Assembly: GCA_017525035.1 (NCBI GenBank)
Contig: JAFXTH010000005.1
Location: 25-64,024 of the forward strand
From: Bacilli bacterium
GTDB lineage: Bacteria > Bacillota_I > Bacilli_A > RF39 > UBA660
Length of the DNA stretch: 64,000 nt
Direction: 5' to 3'
Below are positions 26,823 to 34,233 of the stretch, piece after piece. Each line of letters opens with the position of its first letter. Position 1 is the first letter of the stretch. Both the position numbers and the translations under genes were made by a program. The notes below the pieces were generated by a model that did no database searches, was not told the origin of the DNA, and saw nothing but the letters and a program-made list of their open reading frames with translations.

Positions 26823-28562
26823 ATGGCAATTGAGAAAGATGAAGAACTATTCAAATTACAAAAACAAGTTGAATCAATCGAACCAGGATCTTTAACGACT
26901 TTTGGTAACAATATTAAGGATAATTTGACTGTTTTTGGTAATAGAACAAGTGCAATCATGGATGGTTCTAGTGATGATGGATGGGATGATAAAGTAAAAA
27001 CACAAATCAAAACATCAATGCAGACAATAGTAGATGCAGCAAAGGAAAAAGAAAAAGCAGCAGATCACGTAATGGGTGGAGAAGGAATAATATCCACAAT
27101 GAAGTATGCTGTAAATGAGTATAAAGACACTTTCGAACAATATGAAACAAGATTAGCAAATGTGCCAACAAAATATGAAGATGAAAAAGATGAAGATGGT
27201 AAAAATGTAAAAACACAAGCATATAAAGATTGGGAAAAAGATATCTTCATATTTGAAAAAGCAATCCCAGAATTACAGGAACAAGCAAATACATGGGTAG
27301 ACCAGGTAAAAGCGTACTTCTCAGCATATGATTTTGCAAAGAATGAAGTAGATTCAAATATATATAAACCAATAACAGATCCTTTGGTATTTTTTGGAGA
27401 TTTAAAAACTAAGTACGAAGGAGATTATGTAGAAAAACCGCTTGAAGAAAATGAACAGGCAGAAGAGAAAGCTGAAGAAAAGATAGAAGAAACAGAAGAA
27501 GCTGTAGCAGCAGCAAGAAAGAAAGAAGTAGACGATAAAACAAAAGCGGCTATTGGCGAACTTGTAACAGAAGGAATAGATCCAGACTCAGAAGACTTTG
27601 CTGATAAGCTAGCAGAGAAGTTAAAAGATGCAGGGTTAACAGAGACTGAGATAGCGGCAGCACTTGAAGCATATAATAAACGTAATGGAGAAGAACAAGA
27701 GCCTACAACAGAGGAACAAACCGAAGCCGAAGAAGAGCAAGAGCCTACAACAGAAAAAGAAACAGAGGCCGCTGAAGTCGAAGTTGTGAGCATGACAACT
27801 GAAACAATGTATGGTGATGATGGAAAGCCTAATGGAACACGTGAGATAAAAATATTAGCTAATGGGCAAGAAGTTGTAACAGAAAAATATACTGAATCTT
27901 GGTTATCTGGTACTAATTATGACACAAAATTTTATGGTGAATTTGAGAAACAGACTATAGATGGAAGAGAAATCTATAATAAATATACTGGCTACACCGA
28001 AGGGGAAAATGTTGAAATGTATCATTACCGTAGTGATGAAGATACATATGAATATGATGACGATAACAATTTAATTAGAGAAACATCCTCAGAAACTCGT
28101 TATGATGAAGATGGTTCTATAACAGCTAGAGCGGCAGAATATATCACGTATGATCATGGTGAAAAAATAGAAAGTATAGACGAATACGAAACAATAGAGC
28201 GTATCAAACGTGAGGTAAAAACATATTCCAAAGATACTACGCATGTTGTTGAAACAACTACTAATAAAGGTACAGGAAAAGTAGAAAGTGAATCAACTGG
28301 CACATACACAACTGATGGTGACACGCTTTACTATAGAGGCACTAAAAAAGATCACAAAGAAGGAATCATTGTAGAATGTAATAATGAGTGGATTGGTAAT
28401 AAAACAATGTTAGAAGAAGAAACAATCTATGATTCTAATTATGTAACACAAAAGTGGGTTAAAAAAAGAAGAATAGAAGATACTGATGAATTCACAGTTG
28501 ATACCACAACTTATAAAGATGGAGTACCACAAATAGTTGAAATAACTAGAGTGAAAGAATAG
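26823..28562 (+). CDS. LXG/WXG-like helical N-terminal domain protein with acidic linker and YD-repeat-like C-terminal region
   Basis: 579 aa with no signal peptide. N-terminal helical region has DGWDDKVKTQIKTSMQTIVDAA (compare the F/W-x-G-K-G-A..IK turn of LXG domains). E/A-rich linker. C-terminus has reiterated Y.YD.D(G/N) segments (YEYDDDNNLIRETSSETRYDEDGSI). Confidence 0.5.
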   Translation: MAIEKDEELFKLQKQVESIEPGSLTTFGNNIKDNLTVFGNRTSAIMDGSSDDGWDDKVKTQIKTSMQTIVDAAKEKEKAADHVMGGEGIISTMKYAVNEYKDTFEQYETRLANVPTKYEDEKDEDGKNVKTQAYKDWEKDIFIFEKAIPELQEQANTWVDQVKAYFSAYDFAKNEVDSNIYKPITDPLVFFGDLKTKYEGDYVEKPLEENEQAEEKAEEKIEETEEAVAAARKKEVDDKTKAAIGELVTEGIDPDSEDFADKLAEKLKDAGLTETEIAAALEAYNKRNGEEQEPTTEEQTEAEEEQEPTTEKETEAAEVEVVSMTTETMYGDDGKPNGTREIKILANGQEVVTEKYTESWLSGTNYDTKFYGEFEKQTIDGREIYNKYTGYTEGENVEMYHYRSDEDTYEYDDDNNLIRETSSETRYDEDGSITARAAEYITYDHGEKIESIDEYETIERIKREVKTYSKDTTHVVETTTNKGTGKVESESTGTYTTDGDTLYYRGTKKDHKEGIIVECNNEWIGNKTMLEEETIYDSNYVTQKWVKKRRIEDTDEFTVDTTTYKDGVPQIVEITRVKE

Positions 28563-28566
28563 ATAC

Positions 28567-28597
28567 AAAAAAAGAGGATTTATTAATCCTCTTTTAT
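28567..28597. terminator. Bidirectional Rho-independent terminator
   Basis: agaggatt-tatt-aatcctct with A-run and T-run, between convergent genes. Confidence 0.8.
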
Positions 28598-29502
28598 TTT
28601 ACTAATTCCGTATATACTGTTTCATCGAAATGATGTTGATTATCAGTTTGCTTTTTTAACTCTTCAGTTGTAATTAAAAAGTAAGTATCATCAACTATTT
28701 GCTCACCTGTAGATATTATTGGATCATCCCAAGTAAGATCCAAGTGATACCATTTACCATCAAGCATAACTGCATTCCAAACGTGATTTTCACTTGATAC
28801 CTTATAATTTGGTATATCAAAGTAATCTAAGAATATTGCCATTGTATCAGCATATCCACTACATATTCCATATCCCTGAAATAATACACCATATGCTGTG
28901 TTAGATAAATAGTTTATTACATTATGATCTGTTCTTTCTTTATCATACTTTGTATGTGAAATAATATAATCATGTATCTTTCTAATAATCTTCTTTTTAT
29001 CTTTCTCATCTTTAACTTCTGATTTAACAATCTCTTCAACTTTTTCATTTATAAGTTCTATTTCTAAGTCTGAATAAGTTTTTCTAATTACCAAGTTAAC
29101 TCTTCCAAGTGAATCATAAATTGTTTCAATCGTATCAAAGCTGTTATATGGATGAACATAACCATTAACAGTAGATAGAAGAGTAGGATTGTTGGCAAAT
29201 TCCTTTACATCATCTATACATCCTTCATATTCAGAAGGGCAATAAAAATCAAAAGTTTCATTACCACTATTTATAACTGTATAATACAAATTTAATAAAT
29301 CTTGTCTATTATTAATATTAAACTCTTTAACTGTTTGTATATAATCAAATTTATAGTCTAAATAGTAACTATTTGAATATTCTAAAGACACAGTCTGCAT
29401 CTTAACAACTTGGTTAATAATGTGCTTAGATATAAAATCTTTATTCAAATATACAGTTACAAGTATTCCAAGTAAAAATATAGTACCTATAATCTTTTTC
29501 AT
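28594..29502 (-). CDS. Secreted or membrane-anchored transglutaminase-like cysteine peptidase superfamily protein
   Basis: N-terminal hydrophobic anchor. GYGICSGYADTMAIFL ... ENHVWNAVMLDGKWYHLDLTWDD gives a Cys-His-Asp core. Confidence 0.75.
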   Translation of the reverse strand: MKKIIGTIFLLGILVTVYLNKDFISKHIINQVVKMQTVSLEYSNSYYLDYKFDYIQTVKEFNINNRQDLLNLYYTVINSGNETFDFYCPSEYEGCIDDVKEFANNPTLLSTVNGYVHPYNSFDTIETIYDSLGRVNLVIRKTYSDLEIELINEKVEEIVKSEVKDEKDKKKIIRKIHDYIISHTKYDKERTDHNVINYLSNTAYGVLFQGYGICSGYADTMAIFLDYFDIPNYKVSSENHVWNAVMLDGKWYHLDLTWDDPIISTGEQIVDDTYFLITTEELKKQTDNQHHFDETVYTELVK

Positions 29503-29545
29503 ACCATCACCAATATAATTGTATCATAAAGCAAAAAAAAAGAAA

Positions 29546-29818
29546 CTATTTTGTTTCTTCAATTTTGTTATTCATTTTCATTAATCTAGATTTTTGTCTA
29601 GCAGCTTTATTTTTATGTATTAATCCAGAACTTGCAGCTTTATCGATGTTTTTAATAGCTACATCTAACTTTTCTTTAGCTGTTGCTTTGTTTCCAGCTT
29701 CAGCTTCTTTAACGAATTTCTTAATTGATGTTTTAGTTCTAGTTTCTACAACGTTATTGTTTTCTTTCTTCTTAGCACTTGTTAAAACTCTCTTTTTAGC
29801 ACTTTTTATATTTGGCAT
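29546..29818 (-). CDS. rpsT: 30S ribosomal protein S20
   Basis: MPNIKSAKKRV... and HKNKAARQKSRL. Confidence 0.92.
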   Translation of the reverse strand: MPNIKSAKKRVLTSAKKKENNNVVETRTKTSIKKFVKEAEAGNKATAKEKLDVAIKNIDKAASSGLIHKNKAARQKSRLMKMNNKIEETK

Positions 29819-29917
29819 AGTATCACCTCTCTTTTTTGACTACATATATATTAACAAAAAAATAAATAAAATGCAAATAAAACTTAAAAATATAGAGAAA
29901 ATAATAATGGTGATAAT

Positions 29918-30730
29918 ATGCACAAGATAAGTATTGAAAAATATAATGGTAGATGTGACTTATTAAAAGACTCTATAATAAGTGCCGAAAACAAAATAAA
30001 TATTAAAAAATATAATGAAAAAGATATTAGAGTAGAGTATGTAAACATTGACTTAAAAACATCAAAGCTAATAAACAAAAGAAAAGGTAATTATATATCA
30101 ATTTTATTTGATGATATTACTGACTATGATTGTAGAAAGAAAGTTATTGACGTTGCCAGCAAAGAATTAAAAAAGTTACTAAAGTTGAATGATTTATTAA
30201 ACAAAAAAGTGTTGGTAGTAGGACTTGGTAATTCTTTATCAACACCTGATTCACTAGGCCCTAAAACAATAGATAATATTATTGTTACAAGACATTTATT
30301 TGAATTAAGTACACCAGATAAAAGATATAACTCTGTAGCAAAGATATCTCCAGGTGTTTATGCATCAACCGGCATTGAAACATTTGATATTGTAAAAGGA
30401 ATAGTAAACAGAATAGATGTTGATTATTTAATTGTAATAGATGCACTGTTATCATCATCAAAAGAACATATAAATAGACTTATTCAAATAACTGATTCAG
30501 GAATAGATCCAGGAAGTGGTGTAAATAATCAAAGAAAGGAATTAACAGAGAAAACACTTGGAAAAAGAGTAATTGCTATTGGAATACCTACAGTAATTGA
30601 TATAAAGACATTAACTAATAATAGTGAAGATAATTTAATAGTAACTCCAAAAGAAATAGATTTTATAATTGATAAATTAGCCTTAATATTATCTAAATCA
30701 ATTAATAACTCGATCCATAATCTGACATAA
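29918..30730 (+). CDS. gpr: Spore germination protease GPR
   Basis: VVGLGNSLSTPDSLGPK and DPGSGVNNQRKELTEKTLGKRVIAIGIPTVI. Conserved rpsT/gpr/spoIIP neighbourhood. Shorter (270 aa) than Bacillus GPR. Confidence 0.8.
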   Translation: MHKISIEKYNGRCDLLKDSIISAENKINIKKYNEKDIRVEYVNIDLKTSKLINKRKGNYISILFDDITDYDCRKKVIDVASKELKKLLKLNDLLNKKVLVVGLGNSLSTPDSLGPKTIDNIIVTRHLFELSTPDKRYNSVAKISPGVYASTGIETFDIVKGIVNRIDVDYLIVIDALLSSSKEHINRLIQITDSGIDPGSGVNNQRKELTEKTLGKRVIAIGIPTVIDIKTLTNNSEDNLIVTPKEIDFIIDKLALILSKSINNSIHNLT

Positions 30731-30769
30731 TAAGACATATATAAATTTTATAATTACTTTGGTGATTAA

Positions 30770-31657
30770 ATGAAAAAGAAAATATTTAAACTGACAATAT
30801 TTTTAGTAGTTTTAGCATTTTCTTTTATTTTAACAGTCAAATACCTTAGTAGTTATAGTATCAATCTAGATGATGATGTTATAAGCATTCTACTAGAAGA
30901 AAGTGAAAATACAAACTTTGAAAATAGACTGATAAATAAAGTTATAAATACTATAACAAAATCTAAATATATTAATCCTGTTGAATATGTATTAAATAAT
31001 TATGAAGTAGAAGAAGTAATTCCAGTAATAAATGAAAGGAAAGAAACAAAACCAACTGTATATATCTACAATACTCATGAAAATGAAAAATATAGCACAA
31101 CTAAAGAGTTAAATATAAGATACTCAGTAAAAGATGCTAGTAACTATTTAAAAGATAAGTTAAAAACATATAATATTAACTCGATTGTAGAAAAGGGAAG
31201 CATTACTGATATATTAAATACCAACAATTGGAACTATGCTAGTTCATATAAAGTATCAAGAATGTATTTAGAAAAAGCTAAAAAAGATCACCAAGAACTT
31301 ACATATTTTATAGATATACATAGAGATTCGGTAAACAAAAATATAAGTACTATAAAAATAGGTAATAAAACATATGCTAGAACCATGTTCTTATTAGGAC
31401 TTGAGAATAATAATTATAAAGCAAACCAAAAAGTAATGGAAAAACTTGAAACATGGTTAAATGTTAACTACAAAGGGTTAAGCCGTGGAATATATGAGAA
31501 AAAAGGAAGGGGAGTAAACGGAGTATATAATCAAAATTTTTCTCCAAATTGTATTCTAATTGAAGTAGGAGGTGAGGAAAATACTTACGAAGAAGTAACA
31601 AACACTATGGATGTAATAGCAGAAATGCTTTATGAATATATGAAAGGGAAACTATGA
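30770..31657 (+). CDS. spoIIP: Stage II sporulation protein P
   Basis: N-terminal TM. IYNTHENEKY, IDIHRDS and ILIEVGGEENTYEE motifs. Confidence 0.85.
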   Translation: MKKKIFKLTIFLVVLAFSFILTVKYLSSYSINLDDDVISILLEESENTNFENRLINKVINTITKSKYINPVEYVLNNYEVEEVIPVINERKETKPTVYIYNTHENEKYSTTKELNIRYSVKDASNYLKDKLKTYNINSIVEKGSITDILNTNNWNYASSYKVSRMYLEKAKKDHQELTYFIDIHRDSVNKNISTIKIGNKTYARTMFLLGLENNNYKANQKVMEKLETWLNVNYKGLSRGIYEKKGRGVNGVYNQNFSPNCILIEVGGEENTYEEVTNTMDVIAEMLYEYMKGKL

Positions 31658-31956
31658 AAGAAAGAATAATCAAATATGCATTTATATCAGTAATATTTAT
31701 ATTTTTAATACTATATTTCTTTGGAGGAAGAATGTATGAGTATAGACAACATGAAAAAAAGGTGTTGACCGAAGAACAAATAAAAAAATTTGAAAGTGAT
31801 GTAAAAAATGGTGTAGAAATAGACATAAATGATTATGTATTTAAAGAAAAGGATTATAGCAATAAAATAGTTAAAATAAATGATAAAATCTCTGATGTAA
31901 TAGAATATGGATTTAAAAAAGCTTTTAATTATGTACTTAAAAACATTAATGTTTGA
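31654..31956 (+). CDS. Small membrane protein (position equivalent to YqxA/DUF3679 after spoIIP)
   Basis: One TM (YAFISVIFIFLILYFFGG). ATGA overlap with spoIIP. The family call rests on position only. Confidence 0.35.
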   Translation: MKERIIKYAFISVIFIFLILYFFGGRMYEYRQHEKKVLTEEQIKKFESDVKNGVEIDINDYVFKEKDYSNKIVKINDKISDVIEYGFKKAFNYVLKNINV

Positions 31957-31971
31957 AAATAATTAATTGAA

Positions 31972-31980
31972 TGTTATAAT
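31972..31980 (+). promoter_or_regulatory. Extended -10 promoter element (TGtTATAAT)
   Basis: TGTTATAAT 18 nt upstream of ATG 31998. Confidence 0.4.
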
Positions 31981-31997
31981 TAACTAAGAGGTAGTTT

Positions 31998-32336
31998 ATG
32001 GATAGTTATAGTTTAGAAGAAGTTAAAATGTTAATTGAAAAGAACATGTTAACAAGTGATATTTTAAAAAACATATTAACTAGTTGTACAAGAAGAATTG
32101 AACTTTATGATAATAGTGACTCATTAGATATTTTAAAATATCTAAAAGATTCTTCATGTGTACCTGAAGAAACAAAAGAAGAACTATCAAAGTTTTTAGC
32201 AGACTATAACAATTCCAAAGTAGAAGAAGATACTTCACAAGAAATAAAAGAAAAGATAAGTAGTTGGAAAATAGTACTATTATATTCAATAGTCATAACA
32301 CTAATAGTAGTAGGAATAGTTCTTTACTTTATATAG
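31998..32336 (+). CDS. Hypothetical tail-anchored membrane protein
   Basis: 112 aa. Soluble helical N-terminus and C-terminal TM IVLLYSIVITLIVVGIVLYFI. RBS AGAGGT. Confidence 0.5.
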   Translation: MDSYSLEEVKMLIEKNMLTSDILKNILTSCTRRIELYDNSDSLDILKYLKDSSCVPEETKEELSKFLADYNNSKVEEDTSQEIKEKISSWKIVLLYSIVITLIVVGIVLYFI

Positions 32337-32345
32337 GTGATTATT

Positions 32346-32615
32346 ATGAGTAAAAGATTAACAAATGATGAAAATATAGAGAACTTAAAGAAAAGAAAAA
32401 TATTAAGATATTTAATGATATTTTTTGATGCTTTAACACTTGTTTTAGCAATATTAAGTTTAACAATTGGTTTAAGCCTTATATTTCCTTTAATTTCATA
32501 CGTAATAGCAATTATTTTTGCTAATATTAGAAAGAAGACAATAATTAATAAATCAAATGAAATATTTGAAGTAGAAGAGGAAATAAAAAAAGTCCATCAC
32601 AAACATAAAAAATAG
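32346..32615 (+). CDS. Hypothetical small membrane protein (two TM)
   Basis: ATG 32346 is 5 nt after AGGTGA (ORF track GTG 32337). Hydrophobic hairpin LMIFFDALTLVLAILSLTIGLSLIFPLISYVIAIIFA. Confidence 0.5.
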   Translation: MSKRLTNDENIENLKKRKILRYLMIFFDALTLVLAILSLTIGLSLIFPLISYVIAIIFANIRKKTIINKSNEIFEVEEEIKKVHHKHKK

Positions 32616-32638
32616 TCTTTCAAAGGCTGTTTTTTTTT
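32614..32638 (+). terminator. Weak terminator (short hairpin plus T9)
   Basis: agtcttt-c-aaaggct imperfect hairpin followed by gttttttttt. Confidence 0.45.
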
Positions 32639-32646
32639 GATATAAT
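32638..32646 (+). promoter_or_regulatory. Extended -10 promoter element (TGaTATAAT) for the WXG-like cassette operon
   Basis: TGATATAAT 36 nt upstream of ATG 32682. No other promoter-like gap occurs until 38375. Confidence 0.5.
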
Positions 32647-32681
32647 AAAATGTAGTATACAATTAAGATAGGAGTGAGAAT

Positions 32682-33596
32682 ATGGCTGGAGAAATAATAT
32701 ACAATTCAGATGAAATATATGAAGCACAAGGCATATTAGATACAACAGCAAAGATATTTAGCGATGACATGAAAAAGTCTCTAGCAAGTAATTTCGATTC
32801 CTTAACTGCAGTTGGATATACTGGAATAAATAAATTACAAAAACAAACTGATGAATTAATTAACAATCATAATTCTTTTAAAGAAGAACTAAAAGAACAT
32901 GATGATAATAGAATTGAGCTTGAAAAAACACTTGATGAAACAATTAAGTTAAAACTTGAAAACAAGCAATATGAAGAAGTAGAAGATAATGCTAATACTC
33001 ATGAATTAGCTGAAGTTGAATTAGAAGCAGTAGATGAAGGACAAGAAATAAATACAGCATTATTAACAGAAGCTGTAAGAGAGTTCTCATATTCTAGCAA
33101 AGTATCAATATTAAAAAACATTTTAAAATTGGATACTGGATCAATTAGTGCATTATTAACAGATCCTAAAGAATCAAATATCTTAGTATATGAAATTAAA
33201 CAGATGCTAAATGACAATACATCTAGTATGTCAACAACAGCTACAGATGAAGAAAAAGAAGTTCAAAAAGAATTTATTAAAGCTTTAGCAAATGAAAAAG
33301 AAGATATTTTTAGAGAAATAGAGGATGATACTTACTTAAGAGGTATGCCATATTACAAGAAAATATCTGGATTAAATGGAATAAATATTGAAGATTTAAT
33401 ATTAGATGAAAAAAATAGTAAGTTATTAACAAATTGCGTTAAGTTTATATGCGACCATAACGCTGTAGGCGGAATGAATGCAAGTGATATTGATGCAGTA
33501 AAAGCTTATGTTAAAGGCGTTGCAGAGAAAAATAAAATGTCTGTTGATACTTTACTTACAAGTGCAAATGCCCAACTATTAAGAAGGGGTGTGTAG
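32682..33596 (+). CDS. Cassette A gene 1: ~304 aa all-helical protein with a WXG/LXG-like N-terminal hairpin
   Basis: RBS AGGAGTGA. No signal peptide or TM. N-terminal helix-turn-helix (..FDSLTAVGYTGINKLQKQ..). Positional and architectural paralogue of 35607..36512. Confidence 0.6.
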   Translation: MAGEIIYNSDEIYEAQGILDTTAKIFSDDMKKSLASNFDSLTAVGYTGINKLQKQTDELINNHNSFKEELKEHDDNRIELEKTLDETIKLKLENKQYEEVEDNANTHELAEVELEAVDEGQEINTALLTEAVREFSYSSKVSILKNILKLDTGSISALLTDPKESNILVYEIKQMLNDNTSSMSTTATDEEKEVQKEFIKALANEKEDIFREIEDDTYLRGMPYYKKISGLNGINIEDLILDEKNSKLLTNCVKFICDHNAVGGMNASDIDAVKAYVKGVAEKNKMSVDTLLTSANAQLLRRGV

Positions 33597-33597
33597 T

Positions 33598-33903
33598 ATG
33601 AAGTTACAAGTAAAGTATGAAGAGTTGTATAGCTTAGGTACAGAAATAGAAAAGAAAAAAGAAGAAATCGATGGAATATTAAACAATATTGATAAACTAA
33701 TTGATGATGTATCAAGCGGATGGTCTGGTAAAGACAGTGAAACTTTTATAAGCAATACAAAAGAAAAAATAGCAAATGAAAAAGATAGAAACAAGAAAAT
33801 AAAACTTGTAAGTGATTCATTAAAATATGCAGCAAAGAATTACAAGACTGATGATGAAGATGCTCTCGACTATTTCAAGAGGGGGGATGCAAATAATGAA
33901 TAA
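33598..33903 (+). CDS. Cassette A gene 2: WXG100-like small helical protein
   Basis: 101 aa. W-S-G at 33721..33729 (DDVSSGWSGKDSETF) in the middle of two predicted helices. Y-K-T-D-D near the C-terminus. ATG 33598 follows GAAGGGG. Confidence 0.7.
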   Translation: MKLQVKYEELYSLGTEIEKKKEEIDGILNNIDKLIDDVSSGWSGKDSETFISNTKEKIANEKDRNKKIKLVSDSLKYAAKNYKTDDEDALDYFKRGDANNE

Positions 33904-34219
33904 CTTAGAGTTTGATAAAGCTAAATTACAGGACATCGTTGAAAAATTAAGTAAAGAAATAACAGATTTAGAAAATACTTATAAAGATATTGAAAATAAG
34001 ATGTCTGTATTAGATGGTAGTAATGAAATATGGAAAAGTGATACTCAAAAGACAGTATATGAGTATTATCAAGAAATCCAAAAAGATTTTAAAACAAGCG
34101 TAGAAAACTTGAATAAATGTAAAGAGTTCTTAATTAAGACAATAGAAAACTATGAAGGAAGCATCAGTTCAAATGAGAAAAATGCTGATGATAATGGTGA
34201 TAGTTTAAACATTAATTAA
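33896..34219 (+). CDS. Cassette A gene 3: WXG100-like small helical protein (degenerate W-x-S turn)
   Basis: 107 aa. DGSNEIWKSDTQKTVYEYY central turn. ATG 33896 is 9 nt after AGAGGGGGG. Overlaps gene 2 by 8 nt. Confidence 0.6.
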   Translation: MNNLEFDKAKLQDIVEKLSKEITDLENTYKDIENKMSVLDGSNEIWKSDTQKTVYEYYQEIQKDFKTSVENLNKCKEFLIKTIENYEGSISSNEKNADDNGDSLNIN

Positions 34220-34233
34220 TAAGGAGGTGTGTT

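Noticed and set aside
29565-29930. 121-aa hydrophobic ORF on the plus strand overlapping rpsT. A similar 64-aa ORF lies at 29884..30078 (-).
   Set aside because: It is antisense to the highly conserved S20 gene and to the gpr 5' region. It has low-complexity AT-rich codons and no RBS.
33827-33895. Longer N-terminal extensions for the small WXG-like genes (ORF-track starts 33589, 33827, 35595, 36835)
   Set aside because: Each upstream start either immediately abuts the RBS or precedes it. The downstream ATG codons (33598, 33896, 35607, 36844) have proper 5-9 nt RBS spacing and give matching lengths for the paralogue pairs.
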